Source: Octopus sinensis (lineage: Eukaryota). From it: a stretch of DNA of 64,000 bases. Below, one piece after another: positions 12,818 to 25,008 of the stretch; position 1 is the first letter of the stretch; the number at the start of each line of letters is the position of its first letter. The stretch spans positions 38,688,001 to 38,752,000 of the forward strand of contig NC_043005.1 in NCBI RefSeq assembly GCF_006345805.1, read 5' to 3'. The notes under the pieces were generated by a model, which searched no databases, was not told the DNA's origin, and saw only the letters and a list, made by a program, of their open reading frames with translations. The position numbers and the translations under genes are program-made.

Positions 12818-12905
12818 CTTTTATTCTCATGGACCTCTCTGAATGATTGTAGAAAACTGACTCCAGTTTGTTGTGCAAAAATGTTAGCAACTTTCCATCA
12901 TCCAT
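12818..12905 (-). CDS. Candidate first coding exon of an unidentified host gene (MDDGKLLTFLHNKLESVFYNHSERSMRIK, phase 1)
   Basis: ATG-initiated open frame ending at a perfect AAG|GTAAGT donor within non-repetitive sequence. No homology recognised. Confidence 0.25.
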
Positions 12906-13319
12906 CAAAATATTTCATACGGAGGTTTTTCTTTTCAGAAGGACGAAAGCAGCCAAAGGCAATTTTTCACTGCTTGTATTCACGCCCTAAGCGATGCGTG
13001 CTAGGATAGAGTTGTTGTTGTTTTTCATTGTTGTTTTCCACAAGATTTTTATTTGGCATAGTTAAAGGGCTGTGTTTTCTTTTAGCTGGTGTTTAAAATT
13101 CGTAATTTGCCTTGCAGTTAGATAGAATTCTGCTTTATACTTGGTTCGTAATTGAAATAGCATTAAACTAAAATAGCCATCAATGTATCATAATTAATGT
13201 AAACACACCTTTGACAGATTTAATGGTGTGATTTTTGCGGAGGGAAACCCTCTTCATAGACATATTGCGTTAAAATATCGGATGAAATGTCACCCGTTGA
13301 GAGACTTAGAAATGATAAT

Positions 13320-13585
13320 GTTCACACACACACAACACACACAGACACACATACACACACACAGACATACACACACATAGAATATATATATATATATAAT
13401 TATATTTATATATATATATATGTATATGTATATGTATATAGGTGTATGTATGTGCATATATTTATATGTATGTATGTGTATATATATATATTTATGAGTA
13501 TGTATATGCATATATATGTATATATATGTATATGTATATATATATATAATGTGCTTATAAATAAGAATGTATTTATCTATATGTG

Positions 13586-13621
<36 letters not shown>

Positions 13622-13660
13622 TGTATGTATGTATGTATGTATGTATGTATGTATGTATGA
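13320..13660. repeat. (CA)n/(TA)n/(TATG)n microsatellite
   Basis: Read directly from the sequence. Confidence 0.95.
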
Positions 13661-13661
13661 T

Positions 13662-13780
13662 GCTTCCACATTTTCGCTGTACCAAATTAACTGAAAAGTC
13701 ATTAGCCGGCTCGACGCGTTGTGGGACTCAACACGAAGCTATATGATTGCAAAACGAGATTCTTAATCCCATTACTACAC
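13662..13780 (-). mobile_element. SINE family A head, degenerate
   Basis: GCTTCCACA...ACCAAATT...GTGGGACTCAACACGAAGC...GATTGCAAAACGAG, the reverse of the head motif. Confidence 0.5.
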
Positions 13781-15524
13781 CTTGTTAGTATTATTTCTAT
13801 TGGCATCAAGGGAGGGGTATCGGGGCCCCATGAAGTTACGATAACTTCATTCCAGAAATCTGGTTGAAAGCTTGCCATAAAGTAAACACCGATAGCTGTT
13901 TCCAAAAAAAAAAAAAAAGCAGGAAACAAGGCGAACGTATCACCGGCGACACCACCAACAAGAGGATGCCTTCAGTATTTGTTTATATAACTGTAATCTA
14001 CACTGAAAATACCATACGAAAACGGCTATCAATTGTGATAATGCAATGTTTGTACGTGCAAGGTCATTATATTCAATATTTGTATATGTTATTAGGAAAA
14101 GTAATCAATTTTCTTAATGTACAAAAATTTTTTTAATAGTATTTTATTTTTTGCGAAGAACTTCTCTTTGTTGCGGTAGGTCGGGTGCAATCGATTCGTA
14201 TAATTATATCGAGATAAGTGTATTTAACAACATCAATGTCTTGAGTAGACTCGTGTAGATTTTTAGATATCTCTTTTACTTATTCCTAATACTAGAAGAA
14301 AATTATATGCTTATTAAAAGCTTAGAACAGTTGATGTCTATTGGAAGTTATTTGCTACAGAAAATGCAACGTTGACTGAAAACAATTGAAACAAGCTGAC
14401 AATACGTATTCTCTTGTATATATATAAATAAAGAAAACAACCCGATCCCTTAAATGTCATACAAATTCTCCCGCCAAAACACATTGATGTCATCAAAATA
14501 TTAGCATTTACAATATTTCCTTGTTTGTTCGATTTCCAATACCTTCAGGACATTTTTTTTTATGCACTGACTAATAATTACAGAATTAATATTAAGATTA
14601 GAATTTAATTACTATCTCGGTGTCTAATTAATCAAGAGTAGGAAACACCTAGCGTTCCACGTATTATTCGGTTCGTTAGCCATTGTGTTTTGTTTTGTTG
14701 CACTCTTTGTTTCTTTTATCCTTTTCATCTAGACACGATCATAACACAGAGGTGAAACTAAAGACATGTTTTCCTTGCCTCTTTTTCGATCGAAACAAAG
14801 TCGTGTTTCTCGCCATCGTCTTCTGGACATAATTATCGCAGTGTGTCACACTAATTAATATCTCATTAACATGTACTTGTTTCTTTTATTTCTTAAATTT
14901 GATTTCTATTATCCTGTTGTTGTTGTTTTTGTTGTTGTTGTTGTTGTTGTAATTATTGTTATTGTTTCTATTGTAGTTAAAATGATAAATCCTTTTGTAG
15001 TGAGCATTAACAATATTTCAATAAACACACACGCAAACACAAATATGTACACACACACACATACACACATACACACACACCACACTTATAGGTATACATT
15101 CGAATCTATGAAAAACACACACATATATAAAATCACACTTAAAAGCGCTTACGTATATATGTATTTGCGTGGATACATTCAAGAGTACGTGCTGTGTATA
15201 TGTATGTGTGAGAGTATTTGTGTGTGTATGAACATATTGTTAAAAACTAGAAAATTAATTAGAAACATTTAGAATGAAGTATGTTATCTCTGTCTAAGTG
15301 CAGTAGTAATATTTATATCAAAAGTATGTCTGTAGGAAAATACCCGAAAAAAGTGTTTGAAATGGTAAATACTAAAACGGTAGAATAGAAATATGACGTA
15401 GAAAAGTTCGATCAGTTAGTATTATCATAGCAATTTGTAGACGAAAACTTCCTTTAGGTATGTTTGATGCCTAAGAACATCAAACGAAAATGATAGCTTC
15501 AGCAAAGTAGCTGATCGAAATCTG

Positions 15525-15690
15525 TACTCTTTTACTCATTTACTTGTTTCAGTTCGTTGACTGTGGCCATGCTGGAGCACCGCCTTTAGTCGAGCAAATT
15601 GAATTACAGGTACAACGCACTTTTGCCAGCTGAATGGACTAGAACAACATGAAATATAGTGTCTGGCTTAAGGACACAACACGCTGACCA
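15525..15690 (-). mobile_element. SINE family A tail joined to a fragment of a third SINE type
   Basis: TTACTTGTTTCAG...GACTGTGGCCATGCTGGAGCACCGCCTTTAGTCGAGCAAAT, then CAGCTGAATGGACTAGAACAACATGAAAT...GCTTAAGGACACAAC, which is also seen at 41.7 kb. Confidence 0.65.
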
Positions 15691-16895
15691 TATAAAGTTT
15701 TTTTTATATTGAAAATTAATCAGAACGAAGGTTTACATGTGCTTTTTCATACCAGTATTTTAAAAAGCTGTAAAGTATAAGTTTTTACTCCATAGAATAT
15801 GAGATATATCTTCACTTTTACATACTGTTTTGTACGAATTACTGAATGTTTGGAATAGAAGGAAGGCAAAACCTAGCAAGTGGTACTTTGGAATTTTTAC
15901 TCGAATCAATGTAAATTACCACGGAAGATATTTGAGTTGATCTATAAAATGAAACATCAAATTATGCAAATCTTTTCATCAGAGAGGATCAAAAGTAACA
16001 TCTGCTTTTGGTGATAATAACACCTGTGAATGCTAGATATTATAGGTAAAGGTCAAAGTTCATGTCTTTTTGAACTCTGGTGACCGTTTTACAGAATAAA
16101 TTTGCTAATCATTCGCATGAACTTGTAGATCTTCAGCAGGCAATCATTTTAAGTGGTCATTGGAAATATTTTGGCGATGAGTTGCAAAGTTAAAGCTGTT
16201 TGAATTATCCATACCCCCAATTTTCTACCTCCAGCTGTAAAAGTGGGCGTGGTCAAAAAGTCCATGGTGGGCATCTTCCATTCCAGTTTTTTTTACTTGA
16301 TAGACCCAGGGCTTCATGAAAATACCCAATGAAGTAAATCATAAGGGGGGGAGTTGAAGCATGACCCCCACTTGCCCATGTCCTATGTATATATGAGAGG
16401 GAGAGAGAGAGAGAGAGCCTGACATGGATACCTTGTTAGAATACCGAATACTGCGTTATTAGCATTGAGAGGTCCTCATATTTAGGCTATTGGTGCACAA
16501 AAGCACTGAATTCCTATATCATGGATTTCCCATATTACATGGTTTCATTCTACAGGAATATCAGATGGAAGCGCCCGATCACTGTATTCCACTCAAGTCT
16601 TACTGCTACGATATATAGAATATCAGCATCTTTACGGTCATTGATGTCGCAAATAGTCAGCAGGCTTATTAAAAATTAATTATTAGTGTCGGAAGAAATA
16701 TCAATTATTACTGACGGAAGCAAAATTAATAACAAAATTTAATCTTTATATCCAACCTATCCAGGGTGTCTTGTTAGAACATCGTATACTGCATTATTAA
16801 CCTTGAGAGATCTCATGTAAGCACTTGGTAGCTAAAGCTGTTTATATATAAAGAATACATTTTGCTATTAATACTGCTTCTGTAGCTAATAATTG

Positions 16896-16932
<37 letters not shown>

Positions 16933-16947
16933 CAATATAATACATAT

Positions 16948-17310
16948 TCATAGGTCGTCGACAGGACACCCCAATACTGTTTTCACACATTTTCCCCATT
17001 CATCTCGATATTCCATAATGGTCCTCAGCTCCTGTAACCCTTCTATATCAGTATCCCCCAACAAGTTGTCAATATAGGTCGTCTTCTTCCTTCCTCTCCT
17101 AATTCTGCCTTCCGTTGGTTGCCAGGGCACCAGCTTGTTAGCAATTTCATCGGTGTGTCTGATGCAGTGTCCAGCTAGCCTCACCCTTCTATGCTGTATC
17201 TTCAATATTACTTTTGGTAGTCCCTGGTATAAGTCGGCGTTTGTTGTATGACACTTCCATGAGACATTGAGTTCCAATGTAAGCACTCTCGTATAACAAC
17301 CATCCATTGC
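16948..17310 (-). pseudogene. RTE/RTE-X clade LINE, 3' end of ORF (5'-truncated)
   Basis: DGCYTRVL..LNVSW..HTTNADLY..LP.....IQHRRVRLAGHCIRH...WQPTEGRIRRGRKKTTYIDNL...MEYRDEW, a typical RTE C-terminal domain, followed by a TA-rich tail. Confidence 0.85.
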
Positions 17311-17549
17311 CGGTAGCACAACTTCCGCTGGATTAGATATCTCTCAAGGTTCACAGACAATAGATGTACGCGTGTAATTGCCGGGTGTTATTCAAGAAAT
17401 AACCGCTTCGAAGCCCCATCCCACCTGCGATGAAAGACAATTTATTTAAGAAATAAAGGACAAGATGAAAATGAGTGGCATAATCAAGAAAGTTGGAACC
17501 GCATTGTGCCCACGATGTATAACATCTAATAACTGGATCATCGATACAA

Positions 17550-17597
<48 letters not shown>

Positions 17598-17678
17598 TAT
17601 AAGATAAACATTTTTTCGGGAAAAAATTTTATCAATGGCCAGCATATCAAAAATTGCCTTTAAAAGTAAAATTTATTC

Positions 17679-18028
17679 ATAATTTACAAGATAAGGCCAG
17701 AAGAAAAATTATAATGCCAAATATGCCGAAACAAAAAAAATTTGTCGATAACCATTATAATTTATGCGTCTCGAAACAAACCGATAGAAATCTCTAAAAA
17801 ATTCGTTATTACCGTATTGGTCCAATTTCGGGGTTAATTCATGAGAAATTTTCCCCTCTTCAGCGGCAAATACGCGAGATATAAATGAAATACTTACTCA
17901 TTTTAGAATTTTTTAGAGATCTCTATCGGTTTGTTTCGAGACGCATAAATTATAATGGTTATCGACAAAAATTTTTTGTTTCGGCATATTTGCATTAGAA
18001 TTTTTCTTCTGCCCTTATCATGTAAATT

Positions 18029-18030
<2 letters not shown>
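17679..18030. repeat. Inverted repeat (about 125 bp arms: 17679-17804 and 17906-18030) enclosing a hammerhead ribozyme
   Basis: GTCGATAACCATTATAATTTATGCGTCTCGAAACAAACCGATAGA pairs exactly with TCTATCGGTTTGTTTCGAGACGCATAAATTATAATGGTTATCGAC. Confidence 0.9.
17809..17869 (-). ncRNA. Type I hammerhead ribozyme, intact core
   Basis: Minus strand TTGCCG-CTGAAGA-GGGG[19 nt]CCCC-GAAA-TTGGACCAA-TA-CGGTAA. Stem I is 6 bp, CUGANGA and G10.1-C11.1 are present, followed by GAAA, stem III and an AUA cleavage triplet. Confidence 0.8.
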
Positions 18031-18100
<70 letters not shown>

Positions 18101-18109
18101 TATAATATT

Positions 18110-18232
18110 TCGTCTATCAAATTCACTTACAATACATTAGAAGACATTTGGCTAAGGTGCCACGTATGGAACTGAACCCGGAACCAAGTGGTTGGGAAAC
18201 AAGCTTCTTACCACAGAGCCATGCATGCGCCT
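18110..18232 (-). mobile_element. SINE family A head
   Basis: AAGGTGCCACG...GGAACTGAACCCGGAACCAAGTGGTTGGGAAACAAGCTTCTTACCACAGAGCCATGC. Confidence 0.8.
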
Positions 18233-18249
18233 GTATATGTATATATATA

Positions 18250-18280
<31 letters not shown>

Positions 18281-18361
18281 GGCACACACATACACACGCG
18301 TGTACACGTATGCATGTACATACTCACATATTTAGATAGATCAATTTTTGCAATCTGAATA

Positions 18362-18580
18362 CAGTAATCACTCGCCATAACGCGGTTCACCTATCGCGAT
18401 TTATTGTTTAAGCATACGCCAATTCCTCCGTGGTGTTGTTTTGCATTTATAAAATAAATACATACAAATTATAAAAATATTTTTTACGATTATACAGTAC
18501 AGTACTGTTTCTATTTCGCGGATTTTCACCTATTGCGGTGGGTTTGGAACTTAACAGCTGCGATAGTCAAGTGATTACTG
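18362..18580. mobile_element. Tigger/pogo-type MITE
   Basis: TA|CAGTAATCACTCGCCATAACGCG ... TGCGATAGTCAAGTGATTACTG|TA: TIRs beginning CAGT with a TA duplication. Confidence 0.8.
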
Positions 18581-19744
18581 TAGAATATGCTTGACAGAAG
18601 TCTAATATGACTAAAACATGCTTTTTCCTTTCATCGGTAGACTTAAAGACCAAGTCAGCTCTATCATACATCGTCTTTATTGCCTACAACTTCTCATGAT
18701 CTGATCATAACGAAGTTCTCTCCAGTTGCTTATTGAATTTAAATATATATATTGAGAGAGTTTTGTCTACTACATTTATGGATTATCTCAGCTGATCAAA
18801 CTTCTTCAACTCGTTACTATGCTTAATTTATTATGGAAATTTGTAATGACGTTCTCTGATGTAATGCAAAGGCAAATACATAAAAATGGACAGGCAAAAT
18901 ACCTAAAAAACAAACAATATCTGCCGAAACATTAAAACGCACATAGCCTAACAATTGGAGTTGCAAGAATGAGAGAACTGATATTAATGACGATTTTAAT
19001 TAGCTAAATGACAAAGTGTAGTTGGGGAGGAATAATACAGTTGTTGAAAATGATCAAGCTGTTGCCATGGAATGTTTCATTCAAATAATTTTAAAATGAG
19101 ACACCAAAAAAATCCGAAAATTTTTATAAATTTGCCGGAGAAATTTCAGATGAATCTAAAAGATTCACAACGACTATTGTCAACAGTAGTTCACCCAACA
19201 CAGTTAGTAACTATGTGTTGTAGCTGTTGGTGTTTTTCTTGTTGTTATTGTTACTGTTGTTGTTGTTTATATTATTACGGAACCATTACCAGAGGCATCA
19301 ATGGCAGGATTTAAGGAATTAGCATTTGAAATATATATCTTATTCACTCTCTCTCTCTCTTTCTCAGTCTTTCTCACTCTCATTCTCTCTCTCTCTCAAT
19401 TTCTTTCTCTCTCTCTCTGTCTCATTGTATTTTTATCATACCATTTCTATCTCTATCACTTCTGTACAAAGATCCTACTCAGAATATTAAGAGAATCGAT
19501 TCAGATTTAATGCGATAATATATACAATAATATATAAATATAGCTAATAGGTAGACACACTGGAAAATATAATCAAGCAATACACAAACATTTATAGGTG
19601 CATGTATGTATATATATATATATATAAAAATATATATATACATATATACATGTATACATAACATATATACATACCTAAATACATACATAAATGTATATAC
19701 ATACGCACACACACACATTCACTCACATATATAGATATATACGA

Positions 19745-19780
<36 letters not shown>

Positions 19781-20599
19781 CCATAAGTGATACATGTTAT
19801 TTCCCTCCTTTGTGTTGCTGGCAGTCAGATAATCATAAGTGTGTATGGTCTATGCTCACGGGCTGTCTGCTACAGCGTACTTGAAGAGAGAAGCGCGCAC
19901 GAGTGCGTGTATGTGTGTGTGTGTGTGTGTGCGTGTGTGTGAGTGTGCGTGTTTTTTAGTGTGCGTGTTTGTTTGCGTGCGTGTGTGAGTGTGTGTCATT
20001 ATTTATATACACCGTAACACAGATTCCAATGACATAGAGAAACAGCAAAAAGTGTCAAGAACCGAAAAAAGCGCACAATTTGGTATGCACGCGATTGCTA
20101 TGCAAAAAAATCTCACAATGCGAGAAATCGATATTGGAAAGAGATTTTAAAATTGACTTACGGAAAACTGTAGTTGTTGAAATTATATGAACAAAGTGTT
20201 TTGTATTTATATCGAAAATTATTTTTGGGGAAAAGGTGATTATTGAGGGAAATTTATACAATCGGAAACAATGAAATTTTCAGTGATAATATGCAGAATT
20301 ATAATTACTTGCAAAAATACCACCCTTAGGACAGGTTTCTGCAAGTCACGAAATAATATTTACACATTTGAGTTCCACTTTGCTTAGTATTTCTGATATG
20401 TGTAATATATCTTTGTATTCTTTATTCGTCTAATGGCACTCACTCGCTCAATTTAGTAAATTATGAAAAACAGCAATTACTCAAAGGCAATGTTTAAATT
20501 TATGACGAAATCAGGTATTATATGGATTTAACTTATCCACAGTTTATCATCAACTCTCTCTCTCTCCCTCTCTTCCCTCTCTCTATATACATATATATG

Positions 20600-20674
<75 letters not shown>

Positions 20675-20684
20675 TGTTATGTGC

Positions 20685-21000
20685 ATTTGTATTTGTGTAC
20701 CATTTCTTCGGGGTTTTTTTCCGTCCTTGTTTTCGTATACATTCGTTACTTTCTTCCAATGAATCTAGTGCTCTTAGCTTAGGTTTTCCTTGGAGCTCGC
20801 CAGATTGGAGCAATCCCGAGTATAACCAGCCAAAATTGCAAAGATAATCTGGAACTCGACTGAGGAAAGAAAACTCCGAATGACCCGTCCTTGTTTTTTC
20901 TTGTCCCCTTTCTGTATCATCTGTGTAGATCTTTTGCGTTCTTGTCCCATTTTTGTATTCCTTTTTATATACATATGGCGGCGTACGTACATTTTGGTCT
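20685..21000 (+). repeat. Interspersed repeat, inverted copy at about 30165-30455; partial direct copy at about 21265-21340
   Basis: CGAGTATAACCAGCCAAAATTGCAAAGATAATCTGGAACTCGACTGAGGAAAG recurs reverse-complemented at about 30279-30332. Both copies give ...EYNQPKLQR in the ORF track. Confidence 0.8.
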
Positions 21001-21047
21001 CTTATATGTAAGTACATATATATATATACATATATATATAAGTACAT

Positions 21048-21107
<60 letters not shown>

Positions 21108-21429
21108 CAATCTTGTACGACTCTCTAATTCTTTCTTTCTATCAGCCCCTTCACACTTAATTTGTTCTTTTCACTCTTCTTTCTTTCGTTCCCCCTCTCT
21201 TACATTTCCTGGCTTTCTCTTCATCCTCACCTTCCCTCCTGTTTCACTTTACTTTGTCCCTTTTCTTTTTTCTTGTCCCTTTTTTGTATCATCTGTCTGG
21301 ACGTTTTGTGTTCTTGTCCCATTTTTGTATTCCTTTACACATACACATATATATGTATATATAACATTGGTTAGAGAACAATATATATATATATACAATC
21401 ATACACGCATACATACATATACATAATAC

Positions 21430-21511
<82 letters not shown>

Positions 21512-21524
21512 GCATACATACATA

Positions 21525-22912
21525 CAGGAGATGATCTGAGAATGTTCCTGAACTAGTCATGTGTAATGAAAGAAAATAACGTATTTATGTGAGTTCTAAC
21601 ATCTCCAAGTAGGTCCTAGCGTTCTTGCTACCTTTGTAATCTGGCCTGGCAGTCGTTTTCCGTAAGCAAGTCGAGGTCCCTTGGCGATTCGCTCTTGACC
21701 TTGACAATGCTGTTAAAATGCCGACCTTATAGCTGCATTTTCGTCTTTGGGAAGTGATGGAAATCCGCAGGTGCTAAATCTGGCGAAAGGGTGGGTGTGG
21801 AAACGATACCGTGTTGTTTTTGGCGGGAAACACACGAATGAGGAGAGCTAGTTGACAGGGTACATTGTCGTTGGGAAGAATCCTATTCTCTGCGCTCCAG
21901 AGAAACGGTCGCTTTCACCAAATGTCCTCCATCAACGGATTCAAAACATCGTAGTAGAACTATCGATTGATGGTCTGGAACTGAGGGGCCAACTCTCGAT
22001 GCAAAATCATTAAAATCAAAGATATCCTTACCTCATAAGAAATTCTTTGAGCAACTGCACGAACAGACCCTAATAAAGCATATTTAGAATTAGAAAATCA
22101 ACCGGCACCCATAACACAATAAACACCAATACTAGAAATACATAAAAACATCATCATTCTTATCCCACCCATCCCTACAAAAAATAACCATTATATAATA
22201 TCTTCTTGATTGAGCTGCAGCTCCGTCGTGCTTTCTTTATCCATGCAGATGTAGGGTTCTTCCATTGTGTTGACTACTGCTTCGTCTGAGGGTCGTATTT
22301 GTCGACTCTACTCTCATCCCTGATGAGGATCCTCGACATGAAGGATGTGTCATCAGCGTTACGGTGACAGAGATCTTGACAGACTTCGACAAATTGTTGT
22401 TTCTGTTCAGTGGTCAGCAGGCGAGGAACAATTACGCTGCATGTTCAATTCGTTGATTGTCCTACGATGATTCTCAAGAACAACCTGACGAATTTTCGTC
22501 ACATTTCTGGGGATGAGGCGCGTGGTAACTCTTCTAGATAGTTCATCATCTCCCAAGGACATTTTTCCGCTTCTGCAGCGCCCAGGCCACTTGAATCATT
22601 GCGTACGAACCATTGCCTCACTGCGGTAAGCTTACTGAAGCATGCTCAATGTCCCTGTAATAGACTTCCCAAGTTTAACGCAAAATTTCACCCTGTCTCT
22701 TTGTTCTTCTAGTCCATAAGAAAACCGCTGATTATAGCATACATGTGATCACAAAAGCACAAATTTTACAACTTGCTAAGTAAACACAGCGATGTTACAC
22801 GGCACACTGCCTCATGAAGGTCCCTGCTAGCTGTCATGCTCACGACACCGTGTGATGCTATCTGTTGGCGCACATCAGAAATATTCCTGGAACGTTTTGA
22901 TACCACATCGTG
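21525..22912 (-). mobile_element. Old mariner (DD34D) DNA transposon, transposase pseudogene about 21600-22717
   Basis: Minus-strand fragments EEQRDRVKFCVKLGKSITGTLSMLQ*AY..EAM.RTQ*FKW, IIRDES (ITGDES) and SPDLAPADFHHFPK.KMQL*GRHF. TIRs are decayed, with an unrelated insertion at about 22010-22200. Confidence 0.8.
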
Positions 22913-22944
22913 TACACACACACACACAACACACACACACACAC

Positions 22945-22987
<43 letters not shown>

Positions 22988-23084
22988 ACGGGAAGCTTTA
23001 TGAAAATAGACAAAAGACGAAGGCAGGTGGAAAACAAACGAACAATTGTATTAGTATGGCGCTCAGGAAATATAATAAAACAAG

Positions 23085-23122
23085 TCTTTAACGTTTCGAG
23101 CCTACGCTCTTCAACAGAAAGA
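23085..23122 (-). ncRNA. Minimal type I hammerhead ribozyme (A6U core variant) in PLE pLTR
   Basis: Minus strand TCTTT-CTGTTGA-A-GAGC gtag GCTC-GAAA-CG-TT-AAAGA, with palindromic AACGTT in place of stem III. Confidence 0.7.
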
Positions 23123-23971
23123 TACACAGAGAGAAAAAAAACACAGAAAGAAGGAGAGAAAAAAAATGCGTGCAGTAGCTAACGAATCAACATGGCGATC
23201 TGATTTCGGCCAGAGGTCAAAATCAAACATGAGACGCGAGAGCGAAATAAGGGGAGATAATAGGGTTGATAATATGGTTGAAGGACCAGCTAATAGTGCG
23301 TAGGAGGGGTCTGGACGCGTGTATGTATAGGGTTGGTGTATGTATTAGTATGTATAAGGGTGTGTGTGTGTGTGTGTGTGTGTATGAGAGAGTATTAGTG
23401 CGTAGGATTGGTGTGGACGTGCGTATGTATGGGGTTGGTGTATGTATTAGTATGTATTAGTATGTATTAGACGTACGTATTAGTATGTATAAGTGTGGTT
23501 GTGTGTGGTGTATGAGAGAGTATAAGTGCGTATGAGGGGTCTGGACGTGTGTATGTATAGGGTTGGTGTATGTATTAGTATGTATTAGTATGTATTAGTA
23601 CGTATTAGTATGTATTAGTGGTGTATGTATTAGTATGGCACATCATATATGATGTGATGTGTGAAGTCGTGTGGTGTAGTGAGGAGAAGAGGGGGAGAAG
23701 GGGGAGAAGGGGAGAGGGGGAGGAGAGGGGGAAGAGGAGAGGAGGGGGAGAGAGAGGAGGGGGAGAAGGAAGGGAGGGGAGGAGGGGGAGGAGGAGGAAA
23801 GAGGGAGAGGGGGAGTGAGGGAGCAGAGGAAGGGGAAGAGGGAAGGAGGGAGGGAGAAAGAGGGAAGAAGGAAGGGGATTAGGGGTGAAAGGATGAAGGA
23901 CTGAAGAAGTAGGGGTGGGGGGGAAGGATAGGTGAGGAGAGGGGAGAGGGGGGTTAGATGAGGAGGGTGGA

Positions 23972-24367
23972 GAGTTGAGACCAAATGGCGTATAAGAGCG
24001 AAAGAGAAGATATTCCTGTTCACGTTCACGGCGCAAACGGGAATCCGGATGGCCTCTGTGTAAGAACAAACCGAACACAGATAGGTGTTGCAAGGAGTGA
24101 CCGGTGGAGCGGAAATGGCGTGAGACCGGTGTGTCGTTCGCAAGGTGGATGTCACGAAGGTGTTCCGCGAACCGGTCAGCCAAGCGGCGTCCCGTTTGTC
24201 CGATGTACAAGGAATTGCAGAGAGAGCAAGAGATGCAAAAGATAATATTGCTGGAGGTGCAGGTGAAGGAGTGGATGATGGGATAGGGTCGATGGTGGGT
24301 GCTAGTGAGTCGGGTGGTGTTGGAGAGGTAAGGGCAAGTGCAGCAACGTGGGCGGGAGCAGGGGAAC
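23972..24367 (-). pseudogene. GIY-YIG endonuclease domain of Neptune-type PLE (fragment)
   Basis: [21 protein letters not shown] and PFGLN motifs with CCHH residues; truncated upstream by (TA)n. Confidence 0.9.
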
Positions 24368-24389
24368 ATATATATATATATATAAATAT

Positions 24390-24423
<34 letters not shown>

Positions 24424-24430
24424 GTGTGTG

Positions 24431-24461
<31 letters not shown>

Positions 24462-24573
24462 ATATAGATGCATGTATATATTTATGTATATATGTCTCCT
24501 CTCTCTCTCTCTCTCGACGAGTGTTAAATTGAAATCACGCGTAAACGGCTCCTTTTCCCCTAAAAAGGAATGA

Positions 24574-24682
24574 TTTGGCTGCTATTTGTTGCACGCCCTG
24601 CTACCACGTGACAGGTAGGTCAGATCCTATATCGCAAATAGCTGTTACGTAGTAGCAGGACGTGTTAGAAATAGCAGCCAAA
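24574..24682. repeat. Short inverted repeat (41 bp arms, 27 nt spacer)
   Basis: TTTGGCTGCTATTT..CACGCCCTGCTACCACGTGACAG versus CTGTTACGTAGTAGCAGGACGTG..AAATAGCAGCCAAA. Confidence 0.8.
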
Positions 24683-24777
24683 CCTTTAGAGGTGTGATAA
24701 CGTTCAATGCACTCGAAAAAATAAAACCTAGGGAAAAAAGCTATTCACACCGAGGTTACGAAGTTCATGATATATAT

Positions 24778-25008
24778 ATTTCTTTACTACCCACAAGGGG
24801 CTAAACACAGAGGAGACAAACAAGGACAGACAAAGGGATTAAGTCGACTACATCGACCCCAGTGCGTAACTGGTACTTAATTTATCGACCCCGAAAGGAT
24901 GAAAGGCAAAGTCGACCTCGGCGGAATTTGAACTCGGAACGTAACGACAGACGAAATACGGCTACGAATTTCGCCCGGCGTGCTAACGTTTCTACCAGTT
25001 CGCCGCCT
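24778..25008 (-). mobile_element. SINE family B (tRNA head + Nin/Deu domain), full-length young copy
   Basis: Near-identical reverse complement of 35006-35237; contains GAGGTCGACTTTGCCTTTCATCCTTTCGGGGTCGATAAATTAAGTACCAG. Confidence 0.9.

Larger units (their letters stand above)
22985..24367 (-). mobile_element. 5'-truncated Penelope-like element (Neptune type): GIY-YIG endonuclease region plus 3' pLTR
   Basis: [12 protein letters not shown] (Cys linker) ...[36 protein letters not shown]...VSRHF...H...RRERE...PFGLN. This is followed by a pyrimidine-rich tract, short tandem repeats and a hammerhead motif. Confidence 0.9.

Noticed and set aside
15720-16390. Possible DNA-transposon fragment with a GC-rich end
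   Set aside because: No matching second terminus or translatable motif found.
20855-20895. CTGAGGA...CCGAAT as a hammerhead core
   Set aside because: No convincing stem I or II, and GAAA is absent in both copies of the repeat.
22312-22345. CTGATGA motif as a hammerhead
   Set aside because: It is the antisense of the mariner I(T/R)(G)DES catalytic motif; there is no GAAA or stem context.
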